From the human T2T-CHM13v2.0 reference genome, Homo sapiens, in NCBI RefSeq assembly GCF_009914755.1, contig NC_060926.1: 64,000 nucleotides of DNA; one strand, 5' to 3'. This document shows, in pieces, positions 1 through 12,190 of this stretch. The translations under genes were made by a program, and so were the position numbers. The first letter of the stretch is position 1; each line of letters starts with the position of its first letter. The notes beneath the pieces were generated by a model, which saw nothing but the letters and a program-made list of their open reading frames with translations, searched no databases and had not been told where the DNA came from.

Positions 1-333
1 TGGCTGGGCTGGCCTGCTACACCCCAGTGCAAAGTGGAATTTCTTCAGCACATTGATCATCTTGTAAGCATCTTCACTCACAGCTCAGTAAACAGCCAAC
101 ATTGTCCCAAAGAGTAGCAGCCCTTCAAGTATCCGGTCATGTGTCTAAAGAGCTCCATATCCATGCATGTGTGTGTATGTTTTTGTTACTGAAAGGGCAT
201 GGGGGGGGCCACGTCTATACCGGACTACAGAGAGTGAAGCTGGCATTTAAAATCTACTATGCTTTAGCAATTGCGAAATATGCAATGCATCTTTTATTTA
301 TTATAGTCCCCATTCTGTATAAAAAATAAATTT

Positions 334-452
334 GTGAAGTGATGGATTTGTTAATTAGCTTGATTTAATCATTTCACAATGTAAACATGTATCAAAACAT
401 CACATTGCACCCCATAAATACAGACAATTATTATTTGCCAAGTAAAAATGAA
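334..452 (+). mobile_element. L1MA-type LINE-1 3' end fragment
   Basis: gtgatggatttgttaattagcttgatttaatcatttcacaatgtaaacatgtatcaaaacatcacattgcaccccataaata resembles the L1MA 3'UTR terminus. Confidence 0.8.
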
Positions 453-834
453 ATGGATAAAAATGAGCTTGGTGGAGCGCAGAGCTGGCAGCACTGTGCT
501 CAGCAGCTTAGCAGCTTGCTCACCCCATTCCACGAGGGATCTGGGAAAGGCCCACACTGTGGCTCTTAGAGCTGACTCCCAGCCCAGCAGCCCAATCTGG
601 CCCAAACAGAGGGTATGGCCCTTACCCTAGCGTCAACTAAAGAGAGAAACCAGAGCATTCACCCATCTCTTTCCCCACCTTTCCCCAGAGGTCTGGAATA
701 TAGATTGTGCTTGAGCACACAGGACATGGTTCTGTCTCAACGGAGCCAACATCTTGGCCTAGCACAGGCCACTTTGTGACACTCTGTCTTATCCCCCAGG
801 AGCACAGCCACATGGGCAGAAATCAGGAAGAGAC

Positions 835-1010
835 AGCCAGCAAAACACCAGGAGCTGGGGCAGACCTGGAACAGTCTCCCTCCCAGGACCAAAAGGAACC
901 GACCCTGCCTGCACCTTGATCTTGGACTCTGGGTCTGCAGAACAATACGTTTCTGTCGTTGACGTCACTCAGTTCAGGGTACCATGCTGTGGCAGCCATG
1001 TAAACTCATA
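835..1010 (+). mobile_element. MLT1 (MLT1B/C-like) ERVL-MaLR LTR, 3' part
   Basis: ggaaccgaccctgcctgcaccttgatcttggact...ttctgtcgtt...ggcagccatgtaaactcata follows the MLT1 LTR 3' consensus. Confidence 0.75.
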
Positions 1011-1024
1011 AATCCTGCCAGAAG

Positions 1025-1125
1025 CTATTATCACACCTATTTTACAGGTGAAGAAACTGGAGCTCTGGGAGATTAGGGACTTTGCCCAAGGTCACTTGGC
1101 TAAAAACTTACCGAGCTAGAGTTAG
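1025..1125 (-). mobile_element. MIR SINE fragment
   Basis: core attttacaggtgaagaaactggagct...tttgcccaaggtcac. Confidence 0.75.
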
Positions 1126-4100
1126 CCTCTCTTTTCACAGCCCCTCAACTGTGGGTGTCTCCACCATCTCCCTGGCCCCGCGTGAATAGGCAAATGGTGA
1201 TTTCTTCACCTGTAAGCTCTGAGGTGAGCAATCGGGTTTTTTTCTAGCCTTAGCACAAAGCAGAGCTTTAAGATGATAAACCTACTTTACCCTTGACAAA
1301 CCCCAAGTGTGGTCTTGAAGGATGGAGCCGATCACCTACAGGTTTAAGGAGCCACATAGAGAAAGGGCGAGCATGGGGCTCCAGGCCCCAGGTTTAAATC
1401 CAGCTCTGCCTTTCTCCAGCCGTGGAAACTCAGCACGTTTCTCTGTATCCCAACATCTTCATCAGTACTAGGGATGTTAAATTTGTGGGAAGGATTATAT
1501 CAGAGCGTCCAAGCTTAGGGTGTGCTGTGGCATGCAGTCGATGTTGAATGAATGACTTTGTTACCATCATCATTATTACTGTGCTTTCTCATTACGATAC
1601 CAAATGTATTCACGATAAAATTAAACTCGAAGCCTCTGCCCCAGGACCCGCTACGGGCCTCTTGGAATCACCTCCCTTATTCATGGAGAGAATGCTCAGG
1701 AGGATGAGGAGGGAGACCCAGGGCTGACCTGGAGGGGAGGTGGACAGTGGGACAGCAGTCCTCCCACAGGAGCCAGGTCCCCCTCTTCCACCCACCTCCT
1801 CACCACCCCATGTGGCTTCCTTCTCAACACTACCAGCTAGAAATGGGACTTGGCTTTTTAAACTCAGCCCCGATGTGGTCACACTGGAGAAATGCATGTC
1901 CGCTCTGTCAGGACAGGACACGCAGGAGGACCAGGAGAGACACTCCCAGGCTAATGGGCATGAGCCCTGGGTCCAAATCTCAGCAAGAGGACCCAAGAGA
2001 AGACCCAAGGGAGGCCTTCTTCCCCAGAGTCAGGGCTTCTTCCCTGCAGAGAGGGCTGCAGGTGCTTCCTATCCTGTTGGGTCCATGAGTGGCTGCTCAA
2101 AGGGACGAGTTCTCGTGGGGAGGCACTTCTGTCCCTTGTCAGGTTAAGTCCTTCACCGGTTCCCACCCCGGACAGGACGGGGCGCACTAAAGCTCCGCTG
2201 CGTGCGTGACAGCCTTCCTGGCTGTGGACCCTCTCGCCCATTCCCCAGACCCCTCTGCAGAGTTCAGGAGTAAGGAACTCGGCGGCATAGCCCCACTGCA
2301 GGCGGGGGTTGGATCCCAGCCACACCACTGGCCATGAGCTCAGGCACACCGCTGGTCACTTGACCTCCCTGAGACTCAGATGTTCGGCCTCTGAGTAGGA
2401 AGCATCCAGGGCAGACCAGCGAGGAAATGCAATTGACCCCTGACCAGACTCCCAGCCCCACAGCCACCCGCTGCGGGATCTGCAGGCTGTGGAAGGAGCT
2501 GAGTCAGGGGTGCTTGGGGGGATGTGTCGGGAGGGGAACCTGCACCCTCACTGGCGGGGGTGGAAGGGGAGGCAGAGGCCAAGGGCTGCCGTCAGGCACC
2601 GTCTCAGCAAGAGAATCAGGAACTAGAGCCCCCAGCTGTGAGGGCCCTGTGAGATTTCTTCAACTTTTGTCACTTCCCCACTTTTTCCCCTTTGGTTACC
2701 ACCCTTCTGCCCGGCGTGACTGTTAATTAACCCCTTACAGCTGCAAGGGCTGGCCTGCAGGGTCAGCAAAGACAGGAGCCAGAGGACAGCCCCACCCCAG
2801 CCCAGGCCAGTCCCGAGATGGGGCCAAGCCAGCAGGGCCTAGGTCCAGGCTGAGCGGGTGAGGGGTGGCCCAGGCCTGGAGCCACTGCAGCCAGAAAGGT
2901 CCTGGGCCCCCAGCCACCCTCTGGGTAAGCTCCTGGTGAACGTCCAGGCAGGCCTGGTTGTGCAACAGGCCCCGCTCCCAGTAAGTTGCAGCAGGGGGAG
3001 GAGATCTCAGCCTGCAAATGCTGCTTTGCTGGTTATACTCTCACCTCTGGCTGGATCCACCCAGCTGCTTCCATGTCTCCTCCGCTCCCAGGCCTGGGGG
3101 AGAAAGCCCAGGAGGGAGGCGTAGAGCGCCAGGCCCTTGTGGCTCCCCTGGCTCCATGCAACTGAACTCAGCCCCAGAGGATCTCTGCTCTGACTCGAGA
3201 AAGTCCAGGGAGAGGAAGGGGGCTGAGGAGGGGAGCAGAGCACACCCCAGCACATTCCATGATTCATCTGGACCCAGCGCATCTGCCAGGGTCCATGCGT
3301 GTGCACGTGTGTGCGTTGAGGGTCGCACGTGTGTGGTACTTTCGATCTGAAAACACACAGTATCTCTCCAATCCTCACAGCAGTCTCATGAGCAGAAACG
3401 TTTGTGTCAATACACAGATAGGGACACCAAGGTTTGGACTGACTCAGTGACTGGTGGGGATTCTCACGCAGCCCGGGGGGCTCCCACAGTGGTCCCTGCA
3501 GAAATCCTGGAACTCTGCTGCAGGTGGTCACGGCTACCAGGCATCACCAGCCCATCTCTGAGACTTCCACACACGGAGGTTTACTAGTAACTCATTTGCA
3601 TATCTGCCCCTTGCTGGCAAGATCTCTTCCCTACCCCAGCTCGAAGGCTCGGTGCTGCCATCCAAGCCAGCTTCCTGTGTTCTGTCCAGAGCAGAGGAGA
3701 GAGAACCACCCACCCAACACCCTTCGTGTAAAAAGCCGTAATCCTCCTGTGCTTGCAGACTTCACCACCAGCCTGCAGCCTCACCTTCCCCCAAACTTCC
3801 CTCCTGGTTCTAATTTTTCAGTCCTTTACTCATCTCTGGGGGAAGCGGCCCAGGGGGCGGGAGGCACGTGGGAGGCTGAGAGCTCAGTGTTGAAGTCGGC
3901 GGCAGCCCCGGGCTTGGGCTCACCCAGCAGTACCCGCCCCACTGCTGCCTCGGAGAGACAGAATAAGATCCACATCCTAGCCCAGTGCCAGGCCTGGGGA
4001 AGGTATGAGACGAACAGGCCCAAACCAGCCAGGACCTGGGCAAGCCCCTCCGGCCAGTGCCTCTGGCCCTGCAGGGCACTTGACCCCCCTCACCTCAGCC

Positions 4101-7100
4101 CCGTGAGTCCAGATCCTTCCTCCCTGGGCAGACCCCTTCCCACCCACATTGGATGTCCTCTGCAAAACATCACACATCATCTGTTCTCCATTCCTGGAGA
4201 TCATGACACCATCACACAGGCCTGGGCCCCCAAGACATCACTCTGAGCCCCTGCTATATGTGATGGCCCGTGGAGGCCCAGGTCCTCCGCCTTGTCATCC
4301 AGAGAACAGGACTAATGTTCCCTTTAGCTCCTGGTTTGGGGGTGGGGGAGGTTTGTCACGCAGCGAAGAGCAACGGCCCAACTGAACTCAAGATAGGTAA
4401 CATCTATCACTCTCTGCAATCTGCAAGCTCGTCACTCTGCCTGGGAAGATTAGATTAGTAAGCACCCGGTCATCGGAAAAATCCAGCTCCAGATACCTAA
4501 TATCTTGTTTTCTTCCGTCTGTGCCCACAGTGTTTGTGAGGCTAACTTGGCTGGCATTTTTTCAAGTGTAGAAACAAAGCAGGCAGCTTTCTCCTTTCCA
4601 GGCAGGGCCTCCCCGACTTCAGTCATCTCCCACCCTTGACTCTTCCCCAGACACCTCCTCCAACCCTCTGAGTTTTCCCAAATGGGGCCCAGGCCAGACT
4701 CCAGCTATGTCTTGGGGCCCTGGGCACCAGGCTTCCCCTCCCTCCCCTCGTGTTTGCTGATCATTGTCATCAACCCTGGGTTTTCCTGAAAGAAGCACAG
4801 CCCATGTGTCTCAGGGTCCTTCTCCCATCTCCTCTTGGCCTCTTGGCCTCCTGGTAGGCTCCACACAGCAACACCAGCCCCCACACATCCTGACCCCTAC
4901 TTCCCAGAATCGGTCATTTGGCAGGATTTGAAATCATCACTGCTTCCAGGCCTGTTTGCCTGTCACACTCTTGGGAGAGATTATTAAAAGCATAATTTTT
5001 AAACAGACAAGAGCAAAGCAGCCCCTTTGGCTAGGGTCTGATGGCTACATCACACCCTCTGGAGAGAAGTACGGCAGTGAAGTTCTGCAGGCGACTCCTG
5101 CCGGTCTTGGATGTGATGGGAACTCAGGAGGTCACAAGGCCCCTCAGCCATTCAACCTGACATCGCCAAAACTGGAGGTCTCCTGGGAAGCTGTCTTTTT
5201 CATCTCCGTTCCAGGAGCAGAGTAGGACTTGCTTTCTAAGCTGGGGCTCCTCAGATGGGGCTGAGGCTGCAGAGGGTTGGGAGAGCACGAGTCTGGGCTG
5301 GGCTGTCCCTTCCTCCCACCCTGGGCCCTGCCACATCACTGTCAGCTTGCCAACACCCCCTGACCTGTCTGCCCACGTGGCCTAAGCTTTCCTGTCTTTT
5401 CAAGCCAGTCTTAACCTAGGATCAAAGGGTCCAACTCAGGCAGAGACTCACCTCTTGTAAGATACTGCCTCAGGGGCGTGACTGCTCTTGGTGAAAGGGG
5501 AGAAAGTGAAGGGGGCTCCTGCATGGGTGGCAGGCTAAACTTGCTGATGCCAGGACTCAGCTGCTCTCAGGGAAACACAGGACCCCAGGCTGAACATTTT
5601 CAGAAAGATCCAATCCAGCCAGCCAGCCCCTTCTGCTGGCAAGTCAGCTCCCAGGGCCTGGGCTCCCAGGGAGAAAGGAATCCAGAGACCTTAGGCAGAG
5701 AGACATCAGGCCAAGGGGGGACCGAAAATTTTACATCTTAAAAATACCTCAGCTCTTTTCTTTCTCTGGTTGAAGTTGTTGAGTCTTCTGCAAGTCAACT
5801 GCAAGTGAATGCCTGGACCAATGGAAAATGCTCGGGAGGGCCCCAGCCAGGCTCCCACTGAGCCCAGCTCCTTCTCCCTCAGTCTCCTTCTCTCTGTGTC
5901 TCTCTGCCAGCCCCCACCCTCTCTCCTCTCTCCCTGTCCTGGCCTCACTATGCTCCCTGTAGGTGTGTGCATTTCTGTCTTTGCTCTCCTGCTCCATGTC
6001 TTTCTATCTCTCTCCTTTCTTTCTACCCTCAACCTCCCCTTCTTAGCCTGGAGGAAGCTGTAATTTAGGGCCTCTTTCCCCAAATGAATCTCTCAATATC
6101 TACAAATGTTAACTTCATTAATTTGGGAAGGATTTATCAGCACAGAGGTTAATTGTCTTTCCCTGACATGTTTTTACTGAATACATCTGGGTGACAAAAT
6201 TAATTTCCTCATTAGCTATTTTTGAAAGTGGAACAAGCTGAGGGGAATCAGTGCAGGGGGAGTTTGTGCCATGTGAGCTGTTCCGGGCTCCCCACGATCT
6301 GCCTGGGTGCTCCCTCCCGTCAAAGGTCACGGGGGCCTCCCGGGGGTCTGAGCTCTGCAGGACATCCTGGCTGAGATGGGGTGGAGGCAGGTCTCTCTGG
6401 GCCCAAGAGCTCCAGGGATGGGCCTATGCCAAGTGGAGCGACCCAGGCCCACCTGCTTGCCCCAGACCTCTTCCTTTCCCGTGTGGGAAAGCGGCTTCTT
6501 GGTGGGACACCCAAACCACTGCTCCTTTGAACAGACTAGGAGACGCAGACAGAAACAGAGATCTCCCAAACAGCCCCAGCTCAAGAGCTGTTCAGCTGGA
6601 CCCAGGAAGCCAGACCCAGTTATTCTGAGGGCCTTGGGGGTTAGAAGTCTGTGTCCTTCATCGGGCCCTGATTAGCCAGGCCCACAGGTGCTTCCTGGGG
6701 TGACTTCCAGCCCAGACGCCCCAGTGTGGAGTGGCCCCAAGACCGCTGCACTTCTCCCTAAGGGAGAGGAGGATGTGGGAGCTGGCCAAGTGCCCAGCCC
6801 TGGAATTCAGAGTGGGGACATCTCGAACCACCTACTGGAAAGGTGGCCACGTGCAGGGACCTATATTCTGGTGCAGGTGTCAAGCAGCAAAGAGCCTGGG
6901 ACCGTGGGCCATGCACTCGGCTTCTCAAGGCTTCGGTTTACTTGACTATGAAGAAAATGGCTGCCCCACTGCCCAGTCCCAGGAACCTCCCAGATCCAGA
7001 CCCCGAGGCTACCGCTGCCCCTTCTTATCTCGCTGTCACCTGTCTTCCCTCCAGGAGTTGCCCTGCACTTCACTCGGACCATTCCCCCAAGATTGCTCAG

Positions 7101-7310
7101 GACAAAGTCCAGACCAGGCAGCACCCAGCATCCAGAGCTTCTCCAAGCAGAGCTTCATCCTCCTCTAACCAGACCCTCCCAGGCCAGCAGGCACGAGCTC
7201 TTGGCGGCATTCTATTAGAGCAGAGAGGAAAAGAGACCCAGTGGGTCAGGAGACTGCCCTGGACCCAGGCAAGGACAGAGGCCAGAAGCCCATTCCTCTC
7301 TGGGCCAAAG

Positions 7311-7573
7311 CCCCGACCCCACTTGGGGGGTCCCAGCCTCCCATGTCATCCCCAACCACACTGGGGGATCCCAGCCTCCTGTGTCATCCCCAACCCCACT
7401 AGGGATCCAGCCTCCTGTCTCATCCCCAACCCCAGTGGGACACCCCAGCCTCCCGTGTCATCCCCGTCCTCGCTGCAGGGCCCCAGCCCCCCATATCATC
7501 CCTGGCCCCACTGGGGGACCCCAGCCTCCTGTGTCATCCCTGTCCTCACCCCGGGGCCCCAGCCTCCCGTGTT
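7311..7573. repeat. GC-rich minisatellite, 38-bp unit, about 7 copies
   Basis: cagcc recurs at 7334, 7372, 7408, 7446, 7484, 7522 and 7560; consensus about ccccactgggggaccccagcctcctgtgtcatccccaa. Confidence 0.92.
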
Positions 7574-8374
7574 ATGGACCCCTTCCTTTCTAGGAAACAA
7601 GGCGTGGGCCGCAGAGTTCGAGTTGGTCCTGAATTTCCTGTTTCTTTAAGCTGAGACATTTTACACACATGGGCACACTCCCCAGCTGCCACTTCTGACC
7701 TAGCCCAGAGAATTTCATGCAGCAGCAATTTCAGTAACAGGAAAAACCAGACCCAGGGAGCTATCTGAATGTCACAAGCCAGTCGCCTGGGGCAGGAATA
7801 GGACAGGCTGCCAGGCTCTCCCTCCCTGTCTCTATTTCCTTTCTCACGGCCACTGCTCCCTCCTGAAGGTGGCAGCAAGGGCAGGAGGATCCTTGAGACA
7901 GCTGGCTTCCCATCCTTCCCTGGGGCCTCCAGGACCACTGTCCCCTCCCCATACCCTCCTACCCACCGTGGAACAACCCTGGCTGCTGTACACACAAGCG
8001 GGGACCCTCGCAATTGCCTTCAGTTGGGCTGTGCTGAGCCCTCCTTCCCAGAGACCCTTCTCATCAGCTCCACTCCACTTTCAGCCTGAAATGGTGTCTC
8101 TACCATCGCCAAGCTCTGTGGCAGCCCTCCCTGCAGTCAGCCTGCCTCATGCAGGGTTTTCTGAAACAGGAATTCCAGGCTTCTTTGCTGGGGAGGTCAA
8201 TGGACAGGAGTCTGGCCATGAAGTGGGACCAAGGAGGATGTGCCTCTGCTCCCCAAAAGTGAGAGAGGCACTCTGGCTGGCCTACAGGATGACCAGGAAC
8301 AGGCCTCAGGGTTCCCCATGACCCTGACTCTGAGCCTGTGGATGAAGGGAATCCGTCATCAGGGGAACAAGGAG

Positions 8375-8610
8375 GTTGAGGAAGGCCTCCCAGAGAGGCT
8401 GATCACAGAGCTGGGTTCTGAAGGATGAAGAGGAGTTTGCAGAGCCAATCAGAGGAAAAGGCATGCAAAGGGAGGCTCTGAGACTTGGGAAGAGCCCAGC
8501 CCCACTGGGGAGCCTGAAGCTGCTCTGTGCTGCTGCCACATGCCCTTCAGAAGGGCAAGGGGAGGCAGGTGATGGAAAGAGCCCTGGTGTCTTCCCGTAG
8601 GGGCTCTTAG
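8375..8610 (-). mobile_element. L2 LINE fragment
   Basis: ggaaggcctcccagagaggctgatcacagagctgggttctgaaggatgaagaggagtt is typical antisense L2. Confidence 0.6.
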
Positions 8611-9405
8611 TGGGAATTAGGCAAGACCAGTGGCAGAATCCAACTTGTGGGTTAGGAAAAGACCCTGGGAGGCTGTGCAGAAGCCAGCCCAGGGCTGTGG
8701 GAGCCAAGAAAAATTCTACCTTGAAAGTGGGGAGTGCTGGTCATAAGAGACTTTCTTCTAATGTGAGCATTTCCTCTATGAAAGAGAATGGAGGGACATT
8801 TACAGACACTGTCAGATGAATTCTCAGAAAACCTTGGGGAGGAAATTGGAAAGCCCTGCCTGCCCCAGGCATGGCAGGCATACCAGGTTCCTGGCTAGTG
8901 AAGTGGTTTGCTCAGGAGTTTTTGCAGAACCAGAAAACTTAGATGGAGCCCCATTTTAGAGATGAGGAAACCGAGATAGAGGATGCTTCGGATGACAGTA
9001 CTTTGGTGCCTGTGCCACGAATAGCACCCGGATCACCCTGGACCACCTGCCTTTGATGTGGCACGGCAGCTGCATACATTTTCCTGTGCAGGCACTTGGG
9101 TGGCCTGAGTTGCCTCCAAATTTGGACATCTGGCTGCTTCTTGGTGCCCCCACCTGAAACCCAATCCACCTCTTCCGAAGCCAGCAGATAGTGAATTGCT
9201 CAGTAAGAAAAAGGTCTGTGCAAAACAGGAGACTAGAAAGAAACCTCAGTGCCTCCAGGAACCTCACGTGAGCTCCGTTTGACTCTGCAGAAGCAAGTTC
9301 CTTGCTTTTAGAGGAGTGACTGTGGCTGGGCATCATCCAGACCTATGTGCAATTATTGGTCGAAGGCGTCTCTCCCGCTAGACGGAAGCGCTCAGAGAAC
9401 CAGGC

Positions 9406-9495
9406 AGTGGAAGGTGCATGACTGGGAGGAATGAAGGATGGCCATCCTGAAGTGGAAGGTGTGTGACTGAGAGGAATGAAGGATGGCCGTCCTGA
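9406..9495. repeat. 45-bp tandem duplication (2 copies, 4 mismatches)
   Basis: agtggaaggtgcatgactgggaggaatgaaggatggccatcctga followed by agtggaaggtgtgtgactgagaggaatgaaggatggccgtcctga. Confidence 0.95.
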
Positions 9496-10054
9496 GGCTG
9501 CGCTCGAATGGAGGCTTATTTAACATGGAGCCTCGTGCAAAACACCCCGGAGCAGGCCCCTATAGGATTGAGATCGCTCCCTGTGATCTGCTGCTTCCCT
9601 CTCCAGTGGTTTTTATCTTTGAACAGAGCAAATCCTGGCTCCACTCAGACCTGCTCCGTGAGAGCCGAATGCAGTCACTGCACCTGGTCGGGGCTGAGGA
9701 GCTTCTCAGCCATTCCAACAAGGCCTGGTCATCGAAAAGCCATGATTTTCTTGCATTCTGGGCCTTGTGACTTCTTGAGACGGGAAAAATGAAGCGCTGT
9801 TCCACGATTTTGTTCTCAATCTAAAGGACCATTGCTTTGGAAAGTGGTCAGATTCTGCTTTTGGTTGATTTTAGGATCCAAAACTATGGCGATGGGAAAA
9901 AGGAAATGCATTTTAGGATTTCAGGTATTGTCTAAAATTTGCACATGATTATATCCTGCAATCTTAATGGTTCATGCGTCTCATGCTCAACCAAGAGCCT
10001 CTGCTGGCCTAAATGATCAAAGCATTTCCAGGAATTATTCAAGAAAAAAAAATC

Positions 10055-10665
10055 TGCTCCCGTCACTCACCGGCTGAAACCCCCTCAGTGGCTCCCACTG
10101 CCCTCAGATGCAGTCACCCTCCTTACTGAGCTTAGTGAGGGCTGCACTAAGCACTTTGCATTATTCTCTCATTGAAGTATCACAACAATCACAAAAGGAA
10201 CTATCATTAAACCCATTGCATGGATGAGAAAACTGATCCTTAGAGAGGTCAGGGACTGGTTCAAGCTGACTGTGCTGTACAGTGTCAGAGCAGGGATGAC
10301 CCCAAACCCACCAAGGCCATTCTTAGCACCCGCAATCTCCATGACCATCTCCTAACTCTCTCCCTCCCCCTCATCTATTTCCTACCCATGGATGAAACTG
10401 TTTGTGTCTCACCTACTACTACAGTGAGCCCCTTCTGCTTACCTCCCTGGGCCCCAGGCTGGCCCCCCTGGGTGCTCCTGGCAGCAAAGTCCATGTCTGA
10501 TTAGGGAACTTCTTATTAGGAGGCTTCCTTGTTTGCTTTACCCACCTTCTCCAGACTGGGACCCCTGGAGACAGAGCCCTTAGCTCCCGAGGCCAGGTGG
10601 TCCCTTGCTGTGCCCAGCACAGATCCTGGTGCCTGGGAGGAAGGCAGTAAATCTGTGTGAAGTGG
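10055..10665 (+). mobile_element. L2 3' region fragments interrupted by an antisense MIR (about 10140-10310)
   Basis: gtcactcaccggctgaaaccccctcagtggctcccactgccctcag (L2); cccattgcatggatgagaaaactgatccttagagaggtc (MIR core); cccagcacagatcctggtgcctgggagg (L2 end). Confidence 0.6.
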
Positions 10666-11269
10666 GTCATTTCATTCTGCATTGGAGGATCATTTTCATG
10701 CTCCATAACCCACGGCTATCAATAAAATTAATATTAGCTTCCAGTAAAGTCTAGAGAGGTGCTTCTCACACTAGAGTAGGCAACAGGGCCACCCGGAGAG
10801 TCAGGTAAAACTCGGAGGCGCTGGCTCCAGAGGCCCAGACAGGTGAGGCTGTGTGGCTGGTCCTGCCCCCGCCTCTGAGGGGCACCGCTCGGCAGCCAGC
10901 AGCCCACCCCTGAGTGCAACACTCAGCAACCAAAGGCACCTGGCTGGGCGATGACTGACAGTGAGGCAGCTCCAAAACTCCCTTCCACAGCATTTACAAA
11001 ACAGACACAAAGTTTTCTATTTGGAGGAGTCATTTGCTGCAATGGGGGTTTTCCCTTCGTTTTTGGAAATGCCATGAAATAAAATGTTAAGTGTGACTCC
11101 AGTATCCTAATCTGAGGCACAGACAACTCACCGCAGTTACACCTCAGAGAAAACATGGGGCTCCCCGGGAGAGGGGCCTCACTCAGCCTGGAGTTATGTT
11201 CTGACTTCTCAAAACATGAAACCATTTATATTGGCTCTGGCACATTCAAAAAAAAAAAATTCCCTTATG

Positions 11270-11900
11270 TCACATGCACGCGCGCGTGCACAGAGATCAG
11301 CTTTCGGTTCACAATGAGTGTGCCCCTGGGTCTTTTCTGTGTCTCACTCATTGAAGCCTGGGGGACCAGGCCCTGGGGGACCGACGGGGTGCCTCCGTCT
11401 GTGCTCCTTGTCCCTGTTGGCCAGAGCTGGTGAATCACCCGGCCCCAGCAGCCTGCGTCCTTTCCCAATTACCGTAGCTGTCAGAGCTGACTAAAAAACC
11501 AGTAGCAGCTGGCAGGAAATGGGTAAGAAAACTGACCACAGATAAACTGTAGGACTCTACAGAGCAGTGGCAGATAGACTCGGGGACAGGAAGTGGAGCT
11601 GTTAAGACTCGGCCCTCGCCTGCTCCCGGGCACCTCAGGGCCATCGAAGGGCGCGTGCACCTGAGATGCTGCGGTGCTCGCGTCACGCAATGACCCCGCA
11701 GCAGGCACCAGCCACGGCCCCCGAAGGGAAAGAAGCAGTCAGGAGTGGCGGAGAAGCACCCCCAAAAGCCCAGGCCTTTGAGACTCCTGCAAAGGCAGTG
11801 GTTCTGCTAGTCCAGGGGTGATGGAATCGCAGCCGGCAGAGCCTGCGCTGTTGAGGTCAAATGACCTGCTGGCCGTGCATTGCCTCACCCGGCTCCCTGA
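11270..11900. promoter_or_regulatory. Locally CpG-enriched candidate regulatory element
   Basis: many retained CpGs in unique DNA; palindrome tgcacgcgcgcgtgca at 11275-11290; XRE-type TTGCGTGA on the minus strand at 11683-11690. Confidence 0.4.
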
Positions 11901-12089
11901 AGCCAAAATGACCAGCTCTCAGGCAGGGAGAGGCCACCACACATTGAGAACAGTGCTGGTGTTGAGGTGGGGAGGCGCTTCTCTGTGGAGTTACAGGTCC
12001 AGCGTTTTCAATACTCCCACTGCGTTTCAGCCAATGCCAAGGGCGGGCCCTTCAGAATCCCTAGTGAGGAGAAAGTATCAGCCAGGTGG

Positions 12090-12190
12090 CATGCTGGATC
12101 CTTCCATGCATCATCCCACTCCTGTTCACATACCCTAGGAGGCAGCTAAGACTATCCCCATTTTACGGATGTGCAAAGGGAGGCTCAGGA
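12090..12190 (-). mobile_element. MIR fragment
   Basis: actatccccattttacggatgtgcaaagggaggctcag. Confidence 0.6.

Noticed and set aside
3524-4246. 240-aa ORF, and similar ORFs at 36900-37580, 48328-49068 and 51275-51955
   Set aside because: P/S/G/A-biased translations typical of GC-rich non-coding DNA, overlapping ORFs in several frames, no known homology.
7311-7573. CRISPR-like periodicity
   Set aside because: Head-to-tail repeats without unique spacers, no cas genes, primate genome.
6843-7649. Longest ORF (268 aa, Pro-rich)
   Set aside because: Non-ATG start, runs through the 38-bp minisatellite, no recognisable domain or splice context.
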